This document shows positions 27,150 through 40,361 of a stretch of DNA of 64,000 bases, piece after piece. The notes under the pieces are model-generated. The model saw nothing but the letters and a program-made list of their open reading frames with translations, searched no databases and was not told where the DNA came from. Every line of letters starts with the position of its first letter. Positions within the stretch are counted from its first letter, which is position 1. The stretch lies in contig JAHRHZ010000041.1 in NCBI GenBank assembly GCA_024137785.1, positions 22,133,784-22,197,783 of the forward strand, written 5' to 3'. Both the position numbers and the translations under genes were made by a program. Source of the DNA: Ginglymostoma cirratum (lineage: Eukaryota).

Positions 27150-28592
27150 ATCCCAGCCCTATCTCCTTCAGCCTTTCCTCATAAGGCCTGCCCTCCAGTC
27201 CAGGCAGCATCCTGGTAAACCTCCTGTGCACCCTCTCTGAAGCTTCCACATCTTTACTATAATGAGGCAGCCAGAACTGAACACAGTATTCCAAATATGG
27301 TCTGACCAGAGTTTTATAGAGCTGCAGCATAACCTCACAGTTCTTAAACTCAATTCCACTGCCAATGAAAGCCAACACACCATACGCCTTCTTAAAACCC
27401 TATCAACTTGGGTAGCAACTTTGAGGGACCTTTGGACATGGACCCCAACAGGCTACTGGAGTCATCAAGGGTGGCACCCTTAGTGTATTGGTGATTTTGC
27501 AGAGTTTGATCATCACTCATTTGGGCTTTTGGAAGTTTTATATCCCATAAGTTAACATTTTCTTTTTTGGAATTCTGATCCACAAGTGGGATTCAAGATT
27601 GTACAGACTTTATTAAAGGTGCCCCTGGCAAACTTACTACACCACCCTTCCACTTCCTCATCCAAGTCATTCATAAAGACCACAAAGACAAGAGATCCCA
27701 GAACAGATCCCTGCGGAACACCACTGGTCACTGAGCTCCAAGCTGAATACTTTCCATCTACTACCACTCTCTGTCTTCTATTGGACAGCCAGTTTTGTAT
27801 CCAGACAGCCAAATTTCCCTGAATCCCATGCCTCCTTACTTTCTGAATGAGCCTACCATGGGGAACCTTATGAAATGCCTTGCTAAAATCCATATGCACC
27901 ACACCCACTGCTCGAACTTCATTAATGTGTTTTGTCACATCCTCAAAGAATTAAAGAAGGCTTGTGAGGCGTGACCTGCCCCTCATAAAGCCATGCTGAC
28001 TATTTCTAATAAAACTGTGCTTTTCCAAATAGTCATAAATATTGTGTCTCAGAATCCTCTCCAATAATTTGCCTACCACAGAAGTAAGACTGACTGGTCT
28101 GTAATTTCCAGGATTACCCCTATTCCCTTTCTTGAACAAGGGAATAACATTTGCCACCCTCCAATCATCTGGTACTACTCCAGTAGACAGTGAGGATGCA
28201 AAGACAATTGCCAAAGGCACAGCAATCTCTTCCCTCACTTCCCGTAGCAACCTTGGATATATACCATCTGGCTCAGGGGACTTATCTATCCTCATGTTTT
28301 TCAAAATTTCTAGCACATCCTCCTTCCTAACATCAAGCTGTTCGAGCATATCTGCCTGTTTCATGCTGTCCTCACAAATGTCAAGGTCTCTCTCACTGGT
28401 GAATACTGAAGCAAAGTATTCATTAAAGACCTCCCCTACCTCCTCTGACTCCACACACAAGTTCCCTCCACTATCCCTGATCAGCCCTACCCTCACTCTG
28501 GCCATCCTCTTGTTCCTCACATAAGTATAGAACACCTTGGGGTTGTCCTTAATACTACCTGCCAAGGCTTTTTCCTACTCCCTTCTAGCTCT
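27150..28592 (-). mobile_element. CR1 LINE ORF2 (RT) fragment, relatively well preserved
   Basis: KSPEPDGIYPRLLRE, PLFKKG..PGNYRPVSLTS, DFSKAFHKVPH, GVPQGSVLG, LYKTLVRPYLEYCVQFW. Confidence 0.95.
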
Positions 28593-28642
28593 ATAAAGCT
28601 AGCATTTAATGAATCCCCAGTATTTGCATCAAACAGTTGACA

Positions 28643-28995
28643 GTGGAAGGCATGCTGGCTCAGTGGTTAGCACTGATTCCTCACAGGGACCCAGGATTGA
28701 ATCCAGCCTTGTGCGAATGTTTGTGTGGAGTTTGTATGTTCTCCCCCTGTCTGCGTGTGTTTCCACCAGGTGCTCCAATTTCCTCCTCCAGTCCAAAGAT
28801 GTGCATGTTAGATGAATTGGCTATGCAGAGTTGCACTGTAGTGTCCAGGGATGTGCAGGCTGGGTGGTTTAACCATGGTGAATGTGAGGTTACAGGGATA
28901 GGGTGGGTCTGGGTGAGATGCTTTTTGGAGGGCTAGTGCCTGGGCTGAATGGGCTGAATGGTCTCTACCTCCATCTTAGGGATTCTATGATTCTA
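28643..28995 (+). mobile_element. HE1 SINE
   Basis: ggctcagtggttagcactg head, V domain ccagtccaaagatgtgc, tail gggctgaatgg...gattctatgattct. Confidence 0.85.
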
Positions 28996-29544
28996 GTTTC
29001 TTTTCTAAACAATTCACTGTTCCCAGCATGCACATGTCCTATTGACAAAACCTACAAAGATCTTTGAAACCTTTTTCTGTGTGGTGACTGCACAAATAAT
29101 GGTGTATTTTTGGAGGAGAATTGTCTTTCTGAAGAAAAGGAATTGATGTCTCTCCGATGGAAAAAGAGACTTTTTTTGTAAAGTATGGAATCAATATGCA
29201 CACTGCTGTGAATATTATTTACAGGTGAAACCAACAGCTCAAAGCTGGTGTAATTCAGTTCTTCACAAAGCGGTCATTTATTGATCAGCAGGGTTTTGTG
29301 GCTAGTACTGAGATACTAATGGTTCTGTGCCGAGCATGTTCATTTCCTCAACTTAAATGTATCTTAAGCAAAAATTGTGTTTAATAAGATTCTACCATTT
29401 TTGTAAAATACATAGCAAAATCAGATAATGTCTTAGTGGAGTCACACAACTTTAAAGGCAAGAGTCAAGGGGTCAGTACTGATTTGACCATTGCAGTCTT
29501 GTCTCAGTGGAATCACACTTAGTTTACTTCAACAGACAAAATCT

Positions 29545-32175
29545 TTGACTAAGTGATTGAGAAGTCCTCAGGAATCAGTCTGGGTAGAAATAAGAAATAG
29601 CAAAGAGAAGAAGCACTTGGTTGGAGTAATCTATAGGTATCCCAACAGTAATTCTGCAATGGGGCACAGTATAACCCAAGAAATATTAGATGCTTGCAAG
29701 AAAGGTACAGCAATAATCATGGGTTATTTTAACATGCAGGTAGATTGGAAGAATCAAATTGGCAAGGGTAGCCTGGAGGTAGAGTTCATTGAATGTGTTA
29801 GAGATTGGTTCTTGGAATAGTATGTTGTGGAACCAACCAGGGAGCAGGCTACTCTGAACTTGGTATTGTGTAATATGGAGAGATTAATTAATGACATCAT
29901 AGTTGAGGATCCTCTCGGGATTAGTGACCATAGTATGATAGAATTCAAAATTCAGTGTGGGGCTGAGAAAGTGGAGCCCAACAGTAGTGTTCTGGAATTA
30001 AGCGAAGGGAATTACATAGGCATGAGGTCAGATTTGGCCCAAGTAGATTGGGCAGGAAGGCTAAAAGGTAAGACAAGTGGATGAGCAGTTGTTTAAGGAG
30101 CTACTCAATTCCTCACAACTAAAATATATCCCAGTGAGGAAGAAAGATGGTAAGGGGGTAAAATGCATCCATGGCTAAACAAGGAGGTCAAGGACAATAT
30201 AAAGTCAAAAACTAAGGCATACCATATTGCAAAGGCCAGTGGCAGGCAGGAAAATTAGGAAACTTTCAAATATAAACAAAGGGATATTAAAAAATTAATA
30301 AAAATAACTAAGATAAACTACGACAGTAAGCCAGCACAAAATACCAAAAAGGAAAGCAAAAGCTTCTATAGATATATAAAAAGGAAGAGAGTCGCTAAGG
30401 TGAATGTTGGTCCCTGAGAAGATGAAACCAGAGAGTTAATAGTGGGGAACACTGAAATAGTAGAGATGCTAAATCAATAGTTTCCCTCACTTTTCACAGT
30501 GGAGGACAATAGTACCATTCCTATTGGAACGGGCAAGTCAGAGACAATAGAAAGGGTAGAACTTAGAACAATCAACATCGATAAGGTACTCAATAAACTA
30601 TTAGGATTGAGGGCAGACAAGTCCTCCAGGCCTGATGCCCTACACGCTAGGGTATTAAAGGAAGTGGCAACAGAGATAGTGGATCCATTGGTTACAATAT
30701 TCCAAAATTCCTTGGACACGGGAAAGGCTCCAGTGAACTGGAAAAATGCTAATGTAACGGCCCTACTCAAAAAGGGAGGGAGGCAGTATATGGGAAATTA
30801 CAGACCAGTTAGTTTAACACCTGTTATTGGCAAAGTGTTAGAATCAATTATCAAGGAAGCAATGTCAGGACATTTGGAAAGTCAAAACGCTATTTTTCAG
30901 TGTCAGCATGGTTTTATGTTTGACTTATTTGCTAGAGTTCTTCGAAGATGTAACAAACAAAGTGAATAATGGGAATCTTGTATATGTAATATATCTGGAC
31001 TTCCAGAAGGTGTTTGATAAGGTGCTGCACAAAAGGTTAATTCACAAGGTTGGATCATATGGGATTAGGGATAATTTATTAGCTTCAATAGGTGACTGGC
31101 TGATGGACAAAAGACAGAGAGCCAGAATGATTTTTATTTTCTGGATGGCAAGAAGTAAAAAGTGGGATGCCATGGGGTTCGGTCCTTGGACCCCAGCTAT
31201 TTACAATCTACATTAACGACTTGGATAGAGGGATAGAAGGCTTTGTAGCCAGATTTCCAGACGATACAAAAATAGGTAGGATGGTAAATAGCAATGAGGA
31301 AATAAGAACCTTACAAATGGAAAATACATGGTTTAAGAGAATGGGCCAAAGTATGGCAGATAGAGTTTAACATGGATAATGTTAGGTAATGCATTTTGGT
31401 CAGAAAAATGAGAAACCCGCCTGCTTCCTAAATGAGGAGAGACTTCGGGGTAGTCCGGTGCAGAGAAATCTGGGTGTCCTTGTTCATGAGTCACAGAAAA
31501 CTAGCATGCAGGTACAGCAGATAAAGAACGAGAATGGAATGTTGGCTTTTATGGCTAACAGAATAGAATATAAAGGTAACCATTATTGTTGCAACTGTAC
31601 AAGGCATTGGTGAGACCACACCTGGAGTATTGTGCACAGTTTTGGTCCCCTTATTTGAGGAAGGATGTGGTGGCATTGGAGACAATTCAGAGGAGGTTCA
31701 CTAGATTGATCCCAGAGCTGAGGGGTTTGTCATATGAAGAGATATTGAACAGTTTAAACCTGGAATTACTGCCTGGAATTTAGAAGAATGAGGGGAGATC
31801 ATATTGTGGTATTCGAGATGATAAAAGGTATCGATAAATAGACATGGAACAGATGCTCCCTCTTGTGGGGCATTCTAGGATGAGAGGTCATAGTCTTAGG
31901 ATAAGGGGTAGCAAACTTAAAACAGAGTTGAAGAGAAACTACTTCTCTTAAAGGATTGTGAATCTGTGGAATTTGCTACTTCAAAGTGTGGTGGATGCTG
32001 GGACAGTGAGTACATTTAAAGAGGAGTTAGATTTTTAATTGGTAATGTGTTGAAGGATTATGGGGAAAAGGCAGGAAAATGGGGGTGAGGAGCATATCAG
32101 CCATGATTGAATGGTGGAGCAGAACGTGAAGGGCTGATTGGCCTAATTCTGCCCCTATTTCGTATGACTTATGAA
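29545..32175 (+). mobile_element. CR1 LINE, 5'-truncated EN-RT ORF2 pseudogene plus 3'UTR
   Basis: EN motifs (ESVWVEI, GVIYR.PN, PTREQATLNLV, SDH), RT motifs (GNYRPVSLT, YLDFQKVFDKV, GSVLGPQLF, PDDTK), LYKALVRPHLEYC and a tail ending tatgacttatg. Many frameshifts. Confidence 0.95.
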
Positions 32176-32342
32176 CATTCACACAATGCAATCTCAATGT
32201 CAGCACTATTTCTGCTGTCTGCATTATCTCAACCAGCACAGATCGCCAACCTTTGATTTGCTGATATCTATGCACTGATCAATCAGAAGTAAACTCTCTG
32301 TCTAAAGTTGGAATTTAATCTAACCAATTTTGGATTCATAAA

Positions 32343-32472
32343 GTTTCAAAAGAAGAGTTATATTGGGCTGAAACATTCTCTGTTCGCAGATGCTGCCAGA
32401 CCTGCTGAGTTTCTCCAGAATTTTCCATTTTAGTTTTCCATTTTAGCTCCAACACACACAGTATTTCACTTT
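32343..32472 (+). mobile_element. Degenerate hammerhead-family short repeat
   Basis: caaaagaagagttatattgggctgaaacat...cagatgctgccagacctgctgagtttctccag; catalytic core decayed. Confidence 0.6.
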
Positions 32473-33366
32473 TATACTAATTCCATAAAAGTCTCTTTAG
32501 CATCTTTGTAATATGTGATGAGTATTCTAGAGGATAGACAAGGGCTCATTTTGGATATTTCTTTCGTATTCGTACTGATTATGATGGATGTTGCTGCTTC
32601 ATGAGCGCCTCCAGGCTGTGTTTATTTGTTCTGGGTGACAAAATGATCCTGCCAAGCCTAACACTCTGGCAGCTGTCTGACTCTAATTGCTCTGTGGCTC
32701 GTTTCTCTTCTATATATCCATGAGCTGCAAATAAGCCTGCCTACTGAAAGCAGCAACCACATATACATTTACTCCAGCCAAGGCCCTGTTGCTGGGCAAT
32801 GCCTCAATATATCAAATGATCTGCATTGGACCAGATTTCTCAGCAGCCTCATAATCCCTATGGCTCTCAACTGATTGTGCAGCAGTTTGGAGCTGGACAA
32901 GAAAGCCCTCTGCTCAAGGGAACTCAAGGCTTCCCTATTAGCAACATGAGCATTAACAAAAGATAGCCTGAGAAGAGACATCTGCTTCCAGATCTTTCAG
33001 ACTATTCAGACTATTTCAGACTTCCAGACTATTTCCTGCTTTTAATAAATGGCCAATCATGCCACAGGTAGGGACAGACTCTGCCACAGTTTTCCACAAA
33101 GATTTTCAGAGCGTTCCACAGTCTTGTCAAATGACTGCAGTGTGTTCATGCTCAGATAGGTCTGTTAGATTTGAATCTCTTGGGTGTTGCAGTGGAGTAG
33201 AGATGAGAGTTGATCAGTCAGCAGATTCCTGCTCTTCCATTATACTTGTTCATTTGTAAATTCTGAATTACCCGATAGTTCCAAATTGACTAAATTAACC
33301 AGAATAGATGTGATGTATTATGTCTCATGGGTCATTCAGCAGCATAGCTTTAAGAGACATGCTGAT

Positions 33367-33550
33367 GAACATAGGAACATAGGTACATAGAAACAAGAGT
33401 TGACCATTCAGTCCCTTGAACCTGTTCTACCATTCAATGAAATCATGTCTGAACTGTGGCCTAAGTCCATACACGTGCCTTTGGTCAATATCCCTTAATA
33501 CCTTTGCTTAACAAAAGTTTTATCTATTTCACATTTAAAATTAACAACTG
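33367..33550 (-). mobile_element. CR1 3'UTR fragment
   Basis: aacataggaacatagg...ccattcagtcccttgaacctgttctaccattcaatg. Confidence 0.75.
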
Positions 33551-34490
33551 ACACCATCACTTTGTTGAGCATGTACCTGAGGATATAAAGATCTTATGTT
33601 CCATCTTACTTAGATCACTTGAAGCTTGACACTCTAGTGGAAGCTATTTCCTCTGTTGTAAAATAATAACCCAATGTTTGACCAAACACTGTTTTTATTC
33701 ATTTATGTGATGTGGGTGTTGCTGAGCCAGCACTTAATCTCCATTTGTGGCTGGCCATGAGAAAGCGGTGGTGAGCTGCCTTCTTGAATTGCTGCAGTTC
33801 ATTTGGTGTAAGTAAATCGGCTAGGGAGGGAGTTCCAGGAACAACAGGATATTTCCAAGTCAGGATTGTGAGTAGCTTGGAGGTGGTTGCCCCATGTATC
33901 TGCTGCCATTCTACTTTTAGAGAGTAATGGTTATGGATGCGGGAGGTGCTGTCAGGGAAACCTTGGTGAATTTCTACAATGAGTTCTTGCAGATAGTACA
34001 CAGCGTTGCTACTGAACGTTGGTGTTGAAGGGAGTGAATGTTTGTGGTTTGGTATCAATCAAGCAGGGTCCTTTTTCCTGAATGGTGTTAAGCTTCTTTA
34101 GTGCTAATGGAGCTGCACTCATCCAGGGAAGTAGGGAGTATTCTATCACATTCCTGACTTGAGTCTTGTAGATGGTGCGCAGGTTCTGGGGAGGTTTGAT
34201 ACTCACTGCATGATTCCTAGCCTCTGACCTGATCATGTTGCCTCAGTACTTATATAGTCTAGTCCAATATAGTTTCTAGTCAATTGTGATCCCCAGGATG
34301 CTGATAGGAGGGAATTCAGTAACAGTAATGTCATTCAATGTCAGGGGGTGATGGCTGGCCTCTCACTTGCTGAAGATGGAGGTTGCCTGGCACTTGTGTG
34401 AAGAAAATCTTACTTGCCTCTTCTCAACCCAAACCTGGATATTGTCCAGGTCTTGGTGCATGTGGACGTGTCCTGCTTTAATTCATGAGG

Positions 34491-35800
34491 CCATATGACC
34501 ATAAGATGTGGGAGTAGAAGTATGCCATTCAGCACATTATGTCTGTACTCTTGCTAAATAAGATAATGGGTGACCCGATAATCCTCAACCCCACGTTCCT
34601 GCCTTTTCCACTTAGCAGTTGTTGCTCTTGCTGATTAAAAATCTGTCTCAACCTCGCATAGACTTAACAACACATCCTTTACAACCCTCTGTGGCAAAAA
34701 AAAACATCACTGGGGTCACTATTATTTAAAAAAATGCCATCTCACTTCTGTCCTAACTGGGCAATCCCTAATGTTGAAATTATGCCTCTGGTCCCAGAAT
34801 TCCCCACAAAGGGAAACAACCTCTCCACGTCTATTCAGTCAAGCCCTTACGAACCATGTATGATTTAACAGGTCGCCCTTAACTCTTACAAGCTCCAGTG
34901 AGTACGGGAGCAACTTATTCAACCTGTCCTCATAAGAAAATCATTCCAAACCTGGGATCACCCTAATAAACGAACCTTCTCTGCACAGCTTCGAATCACT
35001 TTCCATGTATTCTTAGATAATGGGTCCAAAACTGTTCATAGTATTAGAGCTGTGGTCTGACTCTTGCTTTGTAAAGTTTTAGCAAGATTTCACTATTTTT
35101 AAATTCCATTCTGTTTGAAGTAAAGACCAGCATTCTATTTGCCTTCTCTATTAACTGCTGCATTTGGATGCTAGTTTTGTTTTGTGATTCATGCACAAAG
35201 TACTGCAGGAAATGGATAAATCAAACATGGTTAACCAAGTAAGTTAAAGATAGCACCAAATTGAAAGAAAAATTAGTTTAAAATGTGGCAGTGATCAACA
35301 GTGAGTGAGATAATTAGGAAACTTTTAAAAGCCAACTAAAAGCTCACCAGAAAATAAACGTTGAAGGCAAACTAGTGAACAATAGAAAAACAGACAGTAA
35401 GAACTTCTTTACAGATATAAAAGGAAGACAGAGGTCAAGGCTAATATCAGCCTCTTCGTGAACATAGGCCTCTTAGAGAATGAGACTGGGGAATAATAAT
35501 GGGGAATGAGGAAATGGCAAAGAAGTTGAATAAATGCTTTGCTTCAGACTTCGCTGTAGAGGATAGAAATAACATTCCTAAAATCCTAAATAATCAAGGA
35601 ACAAAAGTAGGACAGGAAATAAATACAGTAACTATCACTAGAGAGATAAATTGCCAGGGAAACTTAGGGGGCTAAAAGCCAATAAGTCTGATGGACCTTT
35701 TAGGTCACTTTGTAGGGCATTAATGGAAGTATCCACAGAGAAAGTGGAAGCATTGTTAGTAATCTTCCAGAATCTTAGAGTCTGGAAAAGTCCTAGAGGA
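34491..35800. mobile_element. CR1 insertion with inverted 5' segment
   Basis: 34491-~35197 is a minus-strand CR1 3' end. ~35200-35800 is plus-strand upstream ORF2 (WLTK.VKDS ... SGKV.E). Confidence 0.7.
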
Positions 35801-36445
35801 ATTTTGTAGCATTGAAGATGAGGATCTTTGTGGAATCTCTTTTTCTGGTATAACGTCTTGTTGTGTACTACCTTTCACGACTTGATGTAGCAGGACTAGA
35901 GAGGTTAGATCTCATCTGTTGGTTGCAGAATTTTGTTCAGCCTTCTCTCTCACCTCCTGATAATGCTATTCACCAAGCAAGTAGTCTTGTATTGTAGCCA
36001 GATTGGCTCCTAATTTTTAGGTATGTATCATGCTGTTCAGTCATGCCATACTGAATACTTCATTGAGCCAAGGTTGATCTTCTCTCCTCATGGTAATGGT
36101 AAACTGGGACATATGCTGGATGATGACATTTCAGATTGTGTTGGAGTACACTTATGCAGCTGTTGATAGCCCATAGCACATCATGAAAGACCGGTCTTGA
36201 ATTACTAGATATCTTTGAAGTCTGTCCAATTACAACGATGATTGGGCCACACAACATGATGGAGGGCATCCTCAGTGTAAGGATGGGACCTACTCTCTAG
36301 AAGGACTGTTTTGTGGCACTCTTAATGATACTGTCTTGGACAGATGCATCTGCAGCAGGCAGATTGACGAGGAGAGTGTCAAGTATGTTTTTCCCTCTTG
36401 TTTACTTCTTGACTCCCTCACCTTTTAGTTCTAGACTTTTAATGA

Positions 36446-37024
36446 TTTTGGAGTAGATTTGTAGCTCGGGTTGTGGGTGTTGAGGTTGGTTGGCTCGCCG
36501 AGCTGGTTTGTTGTTCCACAGACGTTTCGTTAGCCTGCTTGGTAACATCATCAGTGCAGCCTCCGATGAAGCGTCAGTGTGTTTTCCCACCTGGTTTTTA
36601 AACTCAGGAGTCCGTCAAGCTCGATTGCCTCACTTCCAGTTTTCCTTCGTCGTGGCGTGTATATGGGATCGAGTTCTACGTGCTTATTGATGGCTTTCTT
36701 TGTGAAGTACCAGACTTCTGGGAATTCTGTGCTTGCCTCTGCTTAGCTTGTCCCAGGATCTTGGTGTTGTCCCAGTTGAATTGGTGGTTCTCCTTATCCA
36801 TGTGGATTGAGATGAGTGTGTATTGGTCATGTCTTTTTGTAGCCAGTTGGTGTTCGTGCACGACCAATACTCGCTCATCTCAATCCACATGGATAAGGAG
36901 AACCACCAATTCAACTGGGACAACACCAAGATCCTGGGACAAGCTAAGCAGAGACAAGCACGGGAATTCCTAGAAGCCTGGTATGTGTCATGTCTACGTT
37001 GGCTCGGCGAGCCAACCAACCTCA
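36446..37024 (-). mobile_element. Penelope-like element, truncated and inverted, with 13-bp TSD
   Basis: TSD AGACTTTTAATGA at 36433-36445 and 37025-37037. GIY-YIG C-terminus (EHQLATKRHD..LISIHMDKENHQFNWDNTKIL.QAKQRQAREFLEAW). Inverted arms 36708-36828 and 36862-36983. Confidence 0.9.
36516..36558 (-). ncRNA. Minimal type I hammerhead ribozyme in Penelope pLTR (intact core)
   Basis: Minus strand: UGCA-CUGAUGA-U-GUUACC-aagca-GG(c)UAAC-GAAAC-GUC^UGUG. Both conserved boxes, stem II, ACGU palindromic stem III and a 4-bp stem I are present. Confidence 0.8.
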
Positions 37025-37809
37025 AGACTTTTAATGAGGTCAGATTCCATCATCCACCATGATGTAATCCAATCCCATATTCCATGAACATTACCTGGAT
37101 TATGAGTCCAGAGACAGAGGAATGTGATGTTTGTACGTAATGGTTACTTGTGATAAATGTCTCTTGGATTCTTCAGTGTCACATTCATGCTTGGTTATTG
37201 GTCATGGGAGTTGACATAAACATTGCCATGTCAGGTAAACCACTCTGTTGGAGACAAATATGTATCAGAACATGGCTGTGCCAGTAGGGGTATAGGACAT
37301 GGTGCTGTAAGATTACAGCTATTTTTTACTGTGAGTTTGTACTTGTTCCTGAGGAGATAATGAAGAGCCATTTTTAAGAATGCTGATTGCAAGGCACCCT
37401 CAAAACAATACAATACACCCTGTGTCATGTTCTTATAATGAAAATGAACGCTTGAGTTGTGAGAGAGAAAATTAATGGGAAACTGATATTCAACCTCTGA
37501 TTTCCACACAGCCGTATTACTTACTCACTTGATTTTAAAAATGTCCTAGTCAGAGAAACTTCAGAGTGTGAAAAGACTGAATTCGACACTGCTGCAGTTA
37601 TCTCCTTCCTGTTCACTTTGTCTGGAAGCAGAGGAGTTTGAAGAGCATGTCCAATAAAAAGTATTATTTTTGGAAAAGTAATCTCCTATCAGAGAAAAGT
37701 ATTTTAGAAACAAATTGCGGAGATCATGTTTGCCAGTAAGCCAGATATCTTTTTGGAGTGCATGCATGAGCGTTGCTTTTTCTTACTAATTTATTTCAAG
37801 TAAGTTATT

Positions 37810-37985
37810 CAATTGAATTGAATTAGAACTAGCTTTATTGTCACATGCACTCAAATGCGTATAGTGAAAAGTTTATAGGTTGCCACAAATGATGCCATCG
37901 TAGGTATCAGGTACCTAGGTACAGATTCTTCAGTACAAGTTCTTAGGAAGGAAAAAAAAAATTAGAAAAATGAAGAAATAAAAAG
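37810..37985 (-). mobile_element. Probable LINE/SINE 3' tail with (AATTG)n end
   Basis: aattgaattgaattag...ctttattgtcacatgcac resembles the reverse complement of a microsatellite-terminated non-LTR element end. Confidence 0.4.
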
Positions 37986-40361
37986 TCTGATTTAGCTTCT
38001 GGTAAAATTAACTTTAGTTATTTAAGTTTAATAAATCAAGTAATCTAGGAATGCTTTTCATCAGAGGACTGTTCCCTGGTGTTGCGGCAGTTCGAAGAAC
38101 ATTTGGTTGCTGTATCAAAAATCGATGAGTTGAAAAGAGAGTATTTACGGATTTTAAAAAGTTGAGAATCATCTCTTCATCACCTCACACACACACATCA
38201 GTTTGTTAACAGCAACAGCATGATATCCAGAGGATAAGCCTGTCTGATTTGACCAAGTTCTTTGAAGGATATTACATCTGAATGATCAAATAAGATTTTC
38301 TAATTAAAGACAAATATTTGATATTGTGGAGATAAAATCTGTAGGAGCAAAGACAGGAATGTAGATGGAAGCTAACTTAAATTATGTTGGAAATTATTCA
38401 AGTTTCACCTTTGAAATTGAGGTGATTAAATTTTATTTAATGTACAGTGAGGAGAAAAAGACTGTTTTTAAATCCATGATTTATTTTGAAGTTATTTTCT
38501 TATCTTTACAGTCAGTATAACTCCCAATGAGTAGAACAGGCTAATAGAGTGGATCTCGCAGAATGCACTGAGTCACCAGGGCCATAGTATTGACCACTTG
38601 TTCATTCAGGCTTCGCTGGTTTATATATCAACCAAGATGGTTCAAACGAAACAATAATCATCCTTTGTTAAAAGTCATTACACTGCTTCTATCGCATATG
38701 TGGAATTGAGAGATCGAAGGCCAGAAATCATGATGTCCAGGCCCATGGAAAAAAATGATGACAGTGATATTTAACAAGTCAAGCAGAACAGGATTGCAGA
38801 CTATGGCTTTAAAAGGAAATTAAGATAGCTAAAAGCAAGCAATATGTAGTTATTGCAAAAATAATGGTCTAAATTGTTTATCCCTCTGAGGAGCTGCTGT
38901 GGGGTCATCCAAATGCAATTGAATGTGCAGAAAAAAAACCCACTAATATCAAGCTCTTTAGGGTTGGGTGTACAATAGGAGGTGGACAATATTATTTGCA
39001 AGTAAATGAATACATACAGCAAAAATAGTAGTTAATTTAATTGACACAGCAGGAAAAGAAACCTTTCTCTGTTATAAGATGAACAATTATAGTTGGTCTT
39101 TTTGGAGGTTGTTCAACAAACTGACACACTGGAACACAATTTTCTGCAGTTTGTGTCTGTCTACCTGCTGCTCAGTACATCGATGTGAGCCACACAAAGA
39201 AATAAGTTGACATCTCTAGGTGTTTTCTGCTATCCAAGCCTGAAAAGAAGACCAAAACGCACACCCCAACCTAATAGCCATAGGCATACCTGATAACACA
39301 AACAACACACCAGCAAATCCACCACCGTCACCAAAAAATGTGTCATTTCTGGTTCAGCAATGAAATGACCTATGGACAGTTGCATTTAATTTGTTGCTTT
39401 TCACGATGAAAGCTGCAGTTTGAGTCTGTATAGGAGTTATTGTGAGTGAGTGTTTATAACTTGTGGCTCCCTGACATTTTAATTCTATCACTAGGCAGTT
39501 GGCAGATTCCCACCTGCCAGTTTCAATGGTCAGACATTCTTCGGATTTCCAGCACTCTGCCTGTGCAGATGTTAATTGAGACATGTTTGAACGGTTGCCT
39601 TTTGTTCTCTACTTCTCTCTGGTATTCTCTGTCCTCCTCTACTGTAAGGGAAGATTGAGACTAACAGGATGTATTCAACTGATGAATGAAAAGCATTTTC
39701 TGAGAGTCACTATGAAGGACTGGCATGCCATTGCATGAATGCATGGACAGAGGGATGGGTCTGAGGAGTGATGTGCTGGATTAAACTTGAGAAGGTACAG
39801 TAAAGAGTTGAAGGTGATACAAATATAAGGATGTAGGGTAATGCATCCTTTCCAGAATGTGGTGCATCTGCTGTACACTTTTGCAGCAACCTTCAAATGT
39901 GATATACATGTCTAGGATGCCAGATTTTTCCTCCTGTGATGAGGGAGGAATATCTTTCTAGATCTGTGGTCCACAACATTAAAGAAGGTGTGGATGGAGC
40001 AGGGTGTGGCCTTTTCCCGTTTTGGCTAGGGTCTTTGGCTTTCTATGACAACTTTAAACTCCAACTTGTATGTTTTCAGTGTCCATTTAAATTATTAAAA
40101 TTGAAATCGGGTTAGATACTGCTGAAGATTGAGCAGGAATCCACAATTAAAATCATTATGAGGCAGCAGAATTAATAAAAAAAATTGATGGATGTGCTGC
40201 AGTTTTTTTTCCAAGTTTTCTACATGCCATGCCCCACATCCACCAGTACCCCAATTTGTGCTTTAAAACCCAACTTATTGTTTGTGTTTGCTTGAAGGAC
40301 CATGAGCTCTTATGAATGGCATAACCAGCCTCCAAGAGATTACATTCTAAGCTCGGTTTTA

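Larger units (their letters stand above)
33693..37115 (-). mobile_element. tRNA-headed CR1-group LINE copy, internally deleted, hosting CR1 and Penelope insertions
   Basis: 3' tail at 33693 (QQFKKAAHH), IYKTQVRNVIEYS at 34009-34236, EN-region sequence at 35810-36420 and head-like sequence at ~37040-37115. Confidence 0.8.

Noticed and set aside
32990-33036. Short cagact(a)tt tandem repeat
   Set aside because: Ordinary slippage repeat of about four degenerate units.
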